DNA from: a virus
DNA: 64,000 bases
Reading direction: 5' to 3' (one strand)
IMG/VR virus record: IMGVR_UViG_3300042987_002978
Location: 32,001-96,000 of that record
The notes under the pieces are model-generated. The model worked only from the letters and a program-made list of their open reading frames with translations, searched no databases and was not told the origin of the DNA. How positions within the stretch are numbered: the first letter of the stretch is position 1; every line of letters starts with the position of its first letter. A program made the translations under genes and the position numbers. Shown here in pieces: positions 32,312 through 41,610 of the stretch.

Positions 32312-33277
32312 CTATGCGAACTTGGTCTGAGTCTCTAGCACCTGGTATGTCGGGGTTGCTGCGGTCTTGACAATCGTGAACGAGTAAACGTCAATCGACG
32401 AAGCGTTGCCTGCAGAAATTGCGGATGGAACCTTCGGAGTAACTGCCGACCCGTCAATCTGGATGACGTTCGGATAGTACGGAGTCGCTCCGTTCTGATT
32501 CATCCACACGACGGTTATCACGTCGCCTACCGCCAGTTTTGACGAAAGGGTCGTGCTTGAGTTGTAACGGAAGTTCAGCGTGTGGTTCGCCGTCGCGTTC
32601 GATGTGTAGAACCAAATCGACGATGTTGCAATGTCAATGTTGATGGTTCCAGTAGCGGCCGCGGCAACGACGTTTGCGCGCTCCTGAAGGCCCTGAACGA
32701 TGAGTTCTTTCGTCAGGTTTGTGTGAGCACCGTTGATTGTCGGGCTCGTCAAGGTCTTGTTCGTCAGCGTGTCACTTGAGGATGTCGTAACGACGTTTAC
32801 TCCCTCAATAGTGACGACTCCTGCCGCACTGCGGGCAAGCGTGGTGTCGTTGGCGTGGCCAAGTTCAATCGAGCCGACACCGAGAGGCGAGGTCGTTGAA
32901 GTGCCCAATTTTGAGATAGCGATGGCCGCTGCCGCATTGACATCAGCATCGACAATCACGCCTGAAGCAATTGAAGTAACTCCGGAGGAATCAATGGTTA
33001 CATCGCCAGATTCTGTAACAGAGGTGGGGACCCCAGAGGCGTTGTAAACGATGATATTCCCAGCAGTGCTAGTAGCGAGTTTGGACAGTGCAATCGCTGC
33101 GGCTGCATTGATGTCCGCATTGACGATTGAGCCGTCGGCCAGTTCAGTCGAGCCGACCGAACCGGCACCGAGAGCACCGGTAACGATTTTCCACGAAGTG
33201 CCGTTCCACTGCCACGTGCGAGCGCCGTCAGTGTACGTCTGGTTGACAGAAGGACTTGATGGAAATGTTAACGGCAT
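32312..33277 (-). CDS. Fibre branch/adaptor protein (FPxSP N-terminus, ...QTKFA C-terminus)
   Basis: MPLTFPSSPSVNQTY..RTWQWNGTSW; IVNADINAAAAIA.SKL repeats; TLTNKTLTSP; AATGTINID...YTSNA..IDVYSFTIVKT. Confidence 0.75.
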   Translation of the reverse strand: MPLTFPSSPSVNQTYTDGARTWQWNGTSWKIVTGALGAGSVGSTELADGSIVNADINAAAAIALSKLATSTAGNIIVYNASGVPTSVTESGDVTIDSSGVTSIASGVIVDADVNAAAAIAISKLGTSTTSPLGVGSIELGHANDTTLARSAAGVVTIEGVNVVTTSSSDTLTNKTLTSPTINGAHTNLTKELIVQGLQERANVVAAAATGTINIDIATSSIWFYTSNATANHTLNFRYNSSTTLSSKLAVGDVITVVWMNQNGATPYYPNVIQIDGSAVTPKVPSAISAGNASSIDVYSFTIVKTAATPTYQVLETQTKFA

Positions 33278-33280
33278 AAA

Positions 33281-33649
33281 TTACTCTCCTTGGGGTACGA
33301 CTTCATCCCATTGAAGTTCTTCTTCGTTCCAGACCCAGAATCCTGTCTCTGGACGCGCAACCGGGGCTTCCCAGTCGCATGTTGTCTCGTTGAGAACCCA
33401 AGACGGGTACGGCTTCGGTGCGATGAATGCATCGCGCTCGGCATCATACGCATAGCCGATTCCGGCATAACGCTTGCGGAAGTTGTTGTTGTACGAGGTT
33501 TGCTTCCAAGTGCCGCCGAGAAGATTCGTGCAGAAAGCCACACCGATTTCCTCACTGGCCGGAAAGTCTCCACCACCGCAATCGTTGTTGGATACGACGA
33601 TTACCTGCGTCACGATGTTGTCCGAGTCAATTTGGGCAAAATGTGCCAT
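33281..33649 (-). CDS. Small fibre-associated protein (putative adhesin chaperone), paralog 1
   Basis: MAHFAQID..VTQVIVV...WKQTSYN..FRKRYAGIGY.YD..RDAFIAPKPYPSW; own TATAAT and AGGAG. Confidence 0.75.
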   Translation of the reverse strand: MAHFAQIDSDNIVTQVIVVSNNDCGGGDFPASEEIGVAFCTNLLGGTWKQTSYNNNFRKRYAGIGYAYDAERDAFIAPKPYPSWVLNETTCDWEAPVARPETGFWVWNEEELQWDEVVPQGE

Positions 33650-33696
33650 GTTCTTGCTCTCCTATAGTGGTTGGCTCACATTATAGGCCATGGGCA

Positions 33697-34689
33697 TCAA
33701 AGAGTGATTGAACCCGAAGCGGTAAAAGTGTAGATATGGTAGCCGCCTGCGCCGCCATTGTACGTTGGCGAACCAGTGGTTGATGTTGCCGCCCCGTATG
33801 CAGATGTAGGCCATCGAACAATGACAACACCAGAACCACCCTGCCCACCGCTGCGCCATACCGCATCGTTGTTGAATAGTCCGCCACCACCGCCACCACC
33901 CGTGTTGCCGGTTCCTGCAGAGCCGTTGGCAGTGTGCGCTGCGCCGTTTCCGCCTCCGCCGTTTCCGCCTGCTCCGCCAGAACTGGCGGGTTGTTTTCCG
34001 GCGCATCCTCCACCGCCTCCACCGCGCACAACTGCGGACCCAGTGATTGAGGACGAGACGCCTGCGCCACCGGCACCACCAACACCGTTGATTGTGTTCG
34101 CAGCGTTACCGCCGACTGCGCCAGCGCCTCCACCACCACCGGCGGGATAGTCCTGCAATGCCGATGAACTTCCACCTGCATATCCTTGCCCTGTTGTGCC
34201 AGTTCCTGCACTGCCGCCTTCACCACCGCGACCACCACCGGAGCCACCGTTGCCTGCACTCACCGCTCCAGAACCACCACCGCCGCCGCCAGTTGCGGTT
34301 ATCGTGGACAATACAGAGTTATTACCGTCGGTTCCTTTTACGTTTGCGTTTCCTCCGTAGGCACCACCTCCGCCTACCGTAACGGTGTGAGAAGTTGCGA
34401 CGGCAAGAGCAAGTGTCGATTCTGCAGATGCTCCGCCTCCAGAGTTTTCTCCAGAAACTGAAGAACGATATCCGCCGGCACCACCGCCGCCGCCTTGTTC
34501 AAGTGCGCCTCCTCCGCCTCCACCGCCAGCGATGACCAGGTATTCAACCAGAACTGGTGTCATCGGCCAGTTCGATGCACCTTTTTCTTGTTGATGGCTT
34601 GCCAAACTCCACATACCCGACGCGACAGATGTAGAGATTGTCTGCTTGGGACCGAGCCGCCCACCTTTTCTTTGTTTTTTGTTTGGCAT
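33697..34689 (-). CDS. Glycine-rich adhesin-like protein, leader class B
   Basis: GGRLGP...SGMWSL...QQ...NWP leader; VEYLVIAGGG; YHIYTFTASGSITL. Confidence 0.8.
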   Translation of the reverse strand: MPNKKQRKGGRLGPKQTISTSVASGMWSLASHQQEKGASNWPMTPVLVEYLVIAGGGGGGGALEQGGGGGAGGYRSSVSGENSGGGASAESTLALAVATSHTVTVGGGGAYGGNANVKGTDGNNSVLSTITATGGGGGGSGAVSAGNGGSGGGRGGEGGSAGTGTTGQGYAGGSSSALQDYPAGGGGGAGAVGGNAANTINGVGGAGGAGVSSSITGSAVVRGGGGGGCAGKQPASSGGAGGNGGGGNGAAHTANGSAGTGNTGGGGGGGLFNNDAVWRSGGQGGSGVVIVRWPTSAYGAATSTTGSPTYNGGAGGYHIYTFTASGSITL

Positions 34690-34697
34690 AGTTACCC

Positions 34698-35684
34698 CTA
34701 GAAAGTTATGCTTCCAGAACCGGTGAACGTGTAAATGTGATATCCGCCCGTGCTCGAATATGACGGTGAGCCTGTCGTTGATGCTGCTTGTAGATACGCG
34801 GTTGACCAGCGAATAATCACAATTCCAGAACCACCCGCTCCACCGGGACCATCGGCTCCTCCGTCAACCATTCCGCCACCGCCGCCACCAGAGCCAGTGC
34901 TGGCCGCGCCTGCAGTAGCAGAGTTTCCATTGTTTACTGACCCACCTCTGCCGCCAATTCCAGAACCCCCGCAACCACCACCTCCGGGATTTCCGCAAGG
35001 ACTGGTCACATGGGACCCGTAGCCAGCACCACCACCACCGCCGCCTGCACGAGTTACAGATGAACCTGTAATACTGTTACTTAAACCAGCGCCGCCGGAA
35101 CCACCGTTGTAGTAGTCATTTGATGGGCTAGTTTGACCAGCGCCTCCAGCACCACCACCACCCCTACCCACGTTTTGGCTGTCTGCGCCTTCACCACCGT
35201 CATAACCCTGTGCATTGGTTCCGGTTCCTTTTGAAGCACTACTACTTGCGCCACCACCAGCGCCGCCGCTTGCTCCGTTGCCGTTATATGAGCCGCCAGC
35301 GCCTCCACCAGTAGAGGTGATGCTTCCAAAAACTGAGTTGTTGCCGTTCGTTTGCGAACCACCGCCGCCGCCGACCGTTACGGTGTAAGTAGTGCCGGCA
35401 GACACGGAAAGTGGTGATTCTGCCGCTGAACCTCGCCCAGATGTGGCACCGCTGACTGATGTGCGATAACCACCAGCGCCACCGCCACCACCGCCGCGGC
35501 CGCCGCGTCCTCCACCTGCACCTCCGGCAATTACCAAATATTCAACGGTGGGCGGAGGATACAGTGTTACCGGCCAGTTCGACGTTCCTTTTTCTTGTTG
35601 CTGACTCGTCAAATTCCATACGCCGCTTGCAGCGCTAGTACTTACCGATGAGCGCGGTCCGATTCTTCCGGCGTTTAAGGACAT
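34698..35684 (-). CDS. Glycine-rich adhesin-like protein, leader class B
   Basis: AGRIGP...SGVWNL..QQQ...NWP leader; same scaffold as its neighbours. Confidence 0.8.
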   Translation of the reverse strand: MSLNAGRIGPRSSVSTSAASGVWNLTSQQQEKGTSNWPVTLYPPPTVEYLVIAGGAGGGRGGRGGGGGGAGGYRTSVSGATSGRGSAAESPLSVSAGTTYTVTVGGGGGSQTNGNNSVFGSITSTGGGAGGSYNGNGASGGAGGGASSSASKGTGTNAQGYDGGEGADSQNVGRGGGGAGGAGQTSPSNDYYNGGSGGAGLSNSITGSSVTRAGGGGGGAGYGSHVTSPCGNPGGGGCGGSGIGGRGGSVNNGNSATAGAASTGSGGGGGGMVDGGADGPGGAGGSGIVIIRWSTAYLQAASTTGSPSYSSTGGYHIYTFTGSGSITF

Positions 35685-35687
35685 ATA

Positions 35688-36641
35688 TCAAAGAGTAATC
35701 GAGCCGGAGCCGTTGAATGTGTAAACGTGATATCCGCCGACGCCGCTGTTGTATGAGGGGGAACCTGTCGTAGATGTGGCAGCATTGCTGCTTGTTGACC
35801 ATCTAAGAATCACCACACCAGAACCGCCAGCACCTGAAGTACCGGCACGTGTTCCACCACCACCGCCGCCAGTGTTTGCCGCTCCAGACTCGCCGTTTGC
35901 AGAAGAACCGTTTGCGCTAGCGCCACCACCGCCGGCACCGCCCGCACCAGAGGTCACATTTGCGTTACCACCACCGCCACCACCGGCGCGAGTCACAGAA
36001 GAACCAGTGATTGACGATGCCCTTCCATTCCCACCCCTACCGGCATTATTCACCATCACTTGACCCGCTTCTCCGGCACCCCCACCGCCCGAACCGCCGT
36101 TACCTCCGCTTGCGCCACCATCAAAACCCTGACCTGCCGTACCTACGCCGTTGGTGCCAGATTCTCCACCTTTGCCGCCACCACATCCACCGTCTCCGCC
36201 ATTGATTCCGTGTCCACCTCCGCCACCCCCACCGAGTGAAGTTACAGTAGTCATTCCCGTTGCGGAAATCGCGCTGTTATTTCCAGCGCCGCCTCTTTGC
36301 TGACCACTGACAACGGCGCTACCGCCGCTGCCAACAGTAACGGTCATCACCGTTCCCCTGGCAAGGGTTACGGTAGATTCGGCTGTTGAGTTTCTTCCGC
36401 TTAATTCGCCGATGACAGAACTCCTGTATCCGCCAGCGCCACCGCCACCGCCACCGGATGCGCCGTCAGCAGAACCACCACCTGCTCCGCCAGCAATTAC
36501 CAAATATTCAATAGTTAATGATTGAACTGGCCAGTTATTTTGACCCTGATTTTGTTGCTGGGTATAAAGGTCCCAGAAGCCAGAAGCGCCAGACGTAGAG
36601 ACCGTTTGTAACGGGCCGATGCGTCCACCGCGCCGGCGCAT
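35688..36641 (-). CDS. Glycine-rich adhesin-like protein, leader class B
   Basis: GGRIGP...SGFWDL..QQQ...NWP leader; same scaffold. Confidence 0.8.
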   Translation of the reverse strand: MRRRGGRIGPLQTVSTSGASGFWDLYTQQQNQGQNNWPVQSLTIEYLVIAGGAGGGSADGASGGGGGGAGGYRSSVIGELSGRNSTAESTVTLARGTVMTVTVGSGGSAVVSGQQRGGAGNNSAISATGMTTVTSLGGGGGGGHGINGGDGGCGGGKGGESGTNGVGTAGQGFDGGASGGNGGSGGGGAGEAGQVMVNNAGRGGNGRASSITGSSVTRAGGGGGGNANVTSGAGGAGGGGASANGSSANGESGAANTGGGGGGTRAGTSGAGGSGVVILRWSTSSNAATSTTGSPSYNSGVGGYHVYTFNGSGSITL

Positions 36642-36994
36642 TAACTAATCTCTTCGTAAGAGCAGACCGCCTCAAGGTCAGAGTTCGCGTTTGCAGTAAG
36701 ACGCAGGGCATCACCTTCTTCTAGGTAAATTGCCTTGGAGATGATGTCGAGCGTCGCGTCGGCAGGAACCGAGACGGTGTTCGCGATTCGATAGGCAGTC
36801 GAGGAGCGGAACAAGTCGACGTTGATGTCCGCCGCGTTGGTGCCGTCCACGTTCGATACGTACAAGGCGTTGATTTTGAACACCTTGCCACTGGCGGCCG
36901 AGTTCGTGACGATTGCCGTCGCGCTCGTGGTGACGGCCATGACTGCCGTCTTGCCGGTGATTGTTGCTACGTTGACGATGTTCGGTGCTGCCAT
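36641..36994 (-). CDS. Small beta-rich fibre-tip adaptor
   Basis: MAAPNIVNV..ITGKT...NVDGT...IANTVSVPADATL...YLEEGD...SYEEIS; sits between the long fibre and class B adhesins. Confidence 0.7.
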   Translation of the reverse strand: MAAPNIVNVATITGKTAVMAVTTSATAIVTNSAASGKVFKINALYVSNVDGTNAADINVDLFRSSTAYRIANTVSVPADATLDIISKAIYLEEGDALRLTANANSDLEAVCSYEEIS

Positions 36995-37003
36995 AATCTC
37001 TCC

Positions 37004-40000
37004 TTACGAACCGAAGACAATGGCCATTGCGATGGCCTTGCCAGTCGATGCATATGTTGGTGTTTGCCATTCTAGACCAGTTGCCGTCGCAGAGTTGGCA
37101 ACCAGGAGTTGGCCGTTAGTGCCAACCCCGAGACGAGTGACCGTGTCTGCCGCAGTAGCGGCCAACAGGTCACCTTTGGTCGTGACAATGTCGGTTGTCG
37201 GGTCGATGCCCCACTTCAAGCCAGTGGCAGTCGAGGAATCCGCGATGAGAACGTATCCGTTCGTACCGACCGTCAGGTTGTCGATGGTGTCGTTGGCAGT
37301 ACCGACGAGCAAGTCGCCCTTGTTGTCAATGGCGCTCAGGAGCGTGTCGACCGCCGATGCGCCGATTTCCACCCAGTTTGAGGCGTAGTACACGTAAGTA
37401 GCACCGTCATCAGAGTCAAACCATGTGTCGCCTTCCAGCGGTGACGCAGGCGGGTTGGAACTGATTGCCAAGCGCGACGCACCGGAGATTGCGCCGACTT
37501 CAACCCATGCCGAGTCGTAGTAGACGTAGGTACGGCCGGTGTCTGACTCGAACCAGAATTGTCCGTTCAACGGGCTGGCTGGGGCAGTGTCGGAAATCGT
37601 CGCGCCGCCAGAACCGAAGTCTGTGTATGTCGTCCCGTCGTTCGTGAACTGCCACTTGTCGGTGGTCTCGTTCCAACGGATTGCAACCGTGCTGGACGAG
37701 CCACGAAGGACCTCGAAACCGGCGTCGTCGCTCGGAGCGCCAGTGGTGACATCGCTGTTCAGGGTGACGATATTGTCCTGGATGTTCAGGGTTCCGACAA
37801 CCGTTAGGTTGTCGTCGACCGTGACGGTTCCGCCAGCGGAGTCAATCGTCAGGTTGCCTGACGTTGTGTCGATTTCGCCTGATGCGCTGACGCCGATTCG
37901 AACCGCGTCAGCAGTGACTCCGGCGAATGACGGACTATCTGACGTCCCGACGGCTTGACCAATCGAAACGGAAGCAGTCGAGCCTTCGCCTGCCGTGTGG
38001 CTGATAGTGACACCGGTACCAGCGACGACATCTGCCATGTAGTTGCCGACCGTGTCGGTCCCAAGGTTGATTGGGTCGTTGACCCAGGCGGAGCCATTCC
38101 ACTTCAGGAAGTCACCAGCAGACGCAGAGGTGATGTTTACATCACCGATATCGTCCAGCGCCGCGATACTTTGGGCATCGACGTAGGCAGTCGAGGCGAT
38201 GTCGACGTAGTTAGTTCCGTTCTCCGTGTATTCCCACTTGTCCGAAGTTTCGTTCCATCGCAACGAGACGTTGGCCGACGAGCCACGCTCAATTTCGATT
38301 CCTGCGTTCTGGCTCGGAGAACCGGTCTCGTTGCTGTTCAGGACGATGAGGTTGTCGGCGAGATTGATTGTCTCAGTGTTGACTGTCGTCGTCGTCCCGT
38401 TGACGGTCAGGTCTCCACCTATTGTTACGTTTCCAGTCGTAGTTACCTGAGCAAACTGAACCGAAGCAGAAGTTGCCACGTCTTGACCGATTGAAATTGA
38501 AGCACTCGAACCTTCGCTAGGAGTATGGACAATTGTGACGCCAGTTCCCTGAGCAAGGTCTGCCATGTAGTTGCCGGTCGTATCGGTGCCAAGAGCGACT
38601 GAATTGGCCTGAACTTGAGCAGTGATTGTTACATCGGTGGAGCCATCAAAAGAAGCCGAGCCAGACAAATCTCCACCCAATGAAATCGTGCGTGCGGTGT
38701 GCAAAGTCGTCGCCGTGTCGGCATGGAGGTTTGCAACTTCTGTAGTTGATGCGACAACGAATGGCGCACTGCCAGTAGCAATCGTGCTCTCGAAAGTCTC
38801 TGCGACTACAGGAGCAGGTGAGTATGTGCCATGGTCTGTGTCAATGGGACTTGACGGCTCAGGTGTGTACGAATCAAAGAACTTGAACTTGCCGTCCGTC
38901 GAATCACGGAAGTAACCAGCGTGCTTGTGTGAACCGTCGTAATAACTAGAGACGACACCAGTGTCAAGACCTGCCGCGCTGGCTGTCGTGTTTAGATAGA
39001 TGAAAGGATTGTCAATTTCAAGGCTGACTTGGTTCTCCGTGACAACCGAGCCGCTGACGTAGAGGTTGCGCCCGACGATTACGTCATATTGAGTCTCCAA
39101 CTGATGGAACTCGACCGATGCCGACGTTCCAACGTCCTGACCGATGGCGATACTCGCCGAAGAACCTTCACCAGGAGTGTGGCTGACGGTTACGCCAGTG
39201 CCAGCAACAACGTCATTGACATAGTTGCCGACTGTGTCTGTTCCAAGATTTATTTGGTCATTGACCCAAACGGCAGAGGCGCTGTCGTACTTGAGGAAGT
39301 CGCCATTCGTGAGGCCAGAGACCTTGACGTCGTGGAGTTCTTCAAGTTCATAGCCATTCTGCGTGGCAACGTAAATGATGCCGTTGTTGGTCGCGCGAAC
39401 GACCACGCCGACGAAAACGAGGTGGTCGGGCGATGATGGCTTTGTCGTTGTGACTTGGCCGTTTGTGCCGAGCCACAAAATGTCTCCGGCGTTGTAGGCC
39501 GAAAGGTCCATGCCGTTTGCATAACCGCGCGTGATGACAGAGCCATTTTGTCCTGCGGCAATTGATGCCGTTACGACACCGACAGTCTTTGACGATGTGG
39601 TGTCAGAAGTGTTGTCAGCGCGCTTTACGGAAGCATGGTCTCCGGTGCCACCAAACAGGTAGACGACAGTTCCTGCAGTAAGTGTTGTGGCTTCGGCGTT
39701 GCGGACGTACGAAACGACTGGCGCGTACGAGTTGACCCAGCCTGCGCCGTCGTAGCCGAGAGTCTGGAATCGCTCTGGGGTGCCGACGATGACAACATCG
39801 CCAAGTTCGTTCAACCCGGCATTGAGGGCGACAGATGCGCTCGAACCTTCGCCTGGCGTGTGGGTGATGCTGATACCGGTTCCGGCAACGACGTCCGACA
39901 TGTAGTTTCCGGTCGTGTCCGTTCCGAGGGCGACCGAGTTCGGTTCGACTTGCGCGGTAATAGTGATGTTCTGCGAACCGTCGAACGATGCCGAACCTGA

Positions 40001-41098
40001 CAGGTCACCTGCAAGGGAGATGGCTCGTGCTGTTTCCAGCGAAGAAGCCGTAGTGGCATTTCCGCTCAGTGGAGCCGTGACATGCGCGAAAGTTACGGAC
40101 GACGAAGTCTCGACGTCCTGTCCGACAGCGATGTTCTTATACGTAGTTCCGTCTTCGGTTATTTCCCACGAGTCAGTCGTTTCGTTCCAAAGGAGCGAGA
40201 CGTTAGTTGAACTTCCACGCTCAATCTCGATTCCGGCAGTACCAGAAGGCACTCCGGTTACATTGGCATTGAGAACTATGGTGTTGTCTTCGACAAGCAG
40301 GTCTTGAGTGTTTAGGGTTGTTGTCGTTCCATTTACTGTCAAATCACCAGAAATCGTCACTTGCGCAAATGTGACAGAAGCAGAAGTTGCCACGTCTTGA
40401 CCGATTGCGATTGAGGCCGACGAACCCTCGCCAGGAGTATGACTGACAGTTACGCCAGTGCCTGCAACGACATCGTTGACATAGTTACCTGTCGTATCTG
40501 TGCCAAGCGCGACAGAGTTTGGTTCTACCGATGCGGTGATTGTGACGTTGCTTGACCCGTCAAACGATGCAGAACCGCTCAGGTCTCCACCAAGCGAAAT
40601 CGTTCTTGCGGTCTCAAGCGTCGTGGCCGTATCTGCATTGCCAGTCAAGTCTCCGGTCACATTGGCAGAAACATGCGCAAAAGTTACAGATGCAGATGTA
40701 GCGACGGACTGTCCGATTGAGACAGTCGGAGTCGCTGCTTCACCAGAGTTTCCGGCGAGCGTGACGCCGGTTCCGGCGACAAGTGACTCGACGTAGTTGC
40801 CGACTGTGTCAGTAGAAAGATTTACGGCATCGTTAATCCAGGCAGATGCTGAACTGTCATAGCGCAAAAAGTCGCCACCTGCGACACTGCTTATTGTTAC
40901 GTCAGCAAGGTCGTTTATAGAACTCAGCGAAAGCGGGACGTGTGTGTACGAAAGGGAGTTCCATGCAGTGGTCCCGTCGCCTACCTTGAATTTCCTGGTG
41001 TCGGTTTCATAGCCAATTTCTCCAGCAAAAAGAACCGGGTTATTGGACACCCATGATGCAGCAGTACCGCGCTTGACTTGAATCCTTGCTCCGGCCAT
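37004..41098 (-). CDS. Long fibre protein with Mtd_N-like N-terminus and internal repeats
   Basis: IQVKRGTAASW..NPVL..GEIGYETDT.KFKVGDG..WNSL; six L[GS]TDT.GNY repeats; three A.TISL.GDLSGSASFDGS repeats; ends GKAIAMAIVFGS. Confidence 0.85.
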   Translation of the reverse strand: MAGARIQVKRGTAASWVSNNPVLFAGEIGYETDTRKFKVGDGTTAWNSLSYTHVPLSLSSINDLADVTISSVAGGDFLRYDSSASAWINDAVNLSTDTVGNYVESLVAGTGVTLAGNSGEAATPTVSIGQSVATSASVTFAHVSANVTGDLTGNADTATTLETARTISLGGDLSGSASFDGSSNVTITASVEPNSVALGTDTTGNYVNDVVAGTGVTVSHTPGEGSSASIAIGQDVATSASVTFAQVTISGDLTVNGTTTTLNTQDLLVEDNTIVLNANVTGVPSGTAGIEIERGSSTNVSLLWNETTDSWEITEDGTTYKNIAVGQDVETSSSVTFAHVTAPLSGNATTASSLETARAISLAGDLSGSASFDGSQNITITAQVEPNSVALGTDTTGNYMSDVVAGTGISITHTPGEGSSASVALNAGLNELGDVVIVGTPERFQTLGYDGAGWVNSYAPVVSYVRNAEATTLTAGTVVYLFGGTGDHASVKRADNTSDTTSSKTVGVVTASIAAGQNGSVITRGYANGMDLSAYNAGDILWLGTNGQVTTTKPSSPDHLVFVGVVVRATNNGIIYVATQNGYELEELHDVKVSGLTNGDFLKYDSASAVWVNDQINLGTDTVGNYVNDVVAGTGVTVSHTPGEGSSASIAIGQDVGTSASVEFHQLETQYDVIVGRNLYVSGSVVTENQVSLEIDNPFIYLNTTASAAGLDTGVVSSYYDGSHKHAGYFRDSTDGKFKFFDSYTPEPSSPIDTDHGTYSPAPVVAETFESTIATGSAPFVVASTTEVANLHADTATTLHTARTISLGGDLSGSASFDGSTDVTITAQVQANSVALGTDTTGNYMADLAQGTGVTIVHTPSEGSSASISIGQDVATSASVQFAQVTTTGNVTIGGDLTVNGTTTTVNTETINLADNLIVLNSNETGSPSQNAGIEIERGSSANVSLRWNETSDKWEYTENGTNYVDIASTAYVDAQSIAALDDIGDVNITSASAGDFLKWNGSAWVNDPINLGTDTVGNYMADVVAGTGVTISHTAGEGSTASVSIGQAVGTSDSPSFAGVTADAVRIGVSASGEIDTTSGNLTIDSAGGTVTVDDNLTVVGTLNIQDNIVTLNSDVTTGAPSDDAGFEVLRGSSSTVAIRWNETTDKWQFTNDGTTYTDFGSGGATISDTAPASPLNGQFWFESDTGRTYVYYDSAWVEVGAISGASRLAISSNPPASPLEGDTWFDSDDGATYVYYASNWVEIGASAVDTLLSAIDNKGDLLVGTANDTIDNLTVGTNGYVLIADSSTATGLKWGIDPTTDIVTTKGDLLAATAADTVTRLGVGTNGQLLVANSATATGLEWQTPTYASTGKAIAMAIVFGS

Positions 41099-41550
41099 TA
41101 CACTGCACCTCCATCAAAACCAATCACGACGTAGTTAGTCACTTCTGCTTCATATATTTCCGGTGAAACAATACCACCATCGACATCTCCAGATAACAAA
41201 CCCCCGCCGGATACTTCTGTCCACGAAGAACTTGAGCGGAAGTAAAATTTGTCGTTGGTCGTGTCGATTGCGAGAGCACCGTCCGGAAGCGCAGAGGTTG
41301 GAGCCCCGTTGGTCGTAAGAGTGACCAAGCCGAGTGCGGACTGGAACACGTCATCCGTATAGAGGGTGTTTGCAGAAATCCTGTAGAGGTTGGTATCGCC
41401 CGTTGCCGCACCGCTGGACCATGTGAGTCGTCCGCCGGCATCGATTCGAATACGTGGGTGGCTGTCCTCGTTTACCCGTGTGGAGATAGCCTCATCACTG
41501 GGGCTACTGAACTCAATCCCACGTAGGGGAGTGCCTACAAATCTCGTCAT
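41098..41550 (-). CDS. Fibre connector protein ending in DGG motifs
   Basis: DTNLYR, GALAIDTTNDKFYFR, GDVDGG...FDGGAV; coupled to the long fibre gene. Confidence 0.65.
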   Translation of the reverse strand: MTRFVGTPLRGIEFSSPSDEAISTRVNEDSHPRIRIDAGGRLTWSSGAATGDTNLYRISANTLYTDDVFQSALGLVTLTTNGAPTSALPDGALAIDTTNDKFYFRSSSSWTEVSGGGLLSGDVDGGIVSPEIYEAEVTNYVVIGFDGGAV

Positions 41551-41610
41551 GTGAATACAGCCTCGACTGTCTTCTGGTTGTTTGTGCCCCTCGGGGCACT
41601 ATGGCTATTA

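Noticed and set aside
33681-34259. Alternative-frame Val/Ala-rich ORFs within the Gly-rich genes
   Set aside because: Frame-shifted reading of GGN codon runs; no RBS or independent evidence.
37004-41098. Diversity-generating retroelement suggested by the Mtd_N-like domain
   Set aside because: No reverse transcriptase, no C-terminal CLec variable region and no adenine-specific TR/VR pair were seen in the window.
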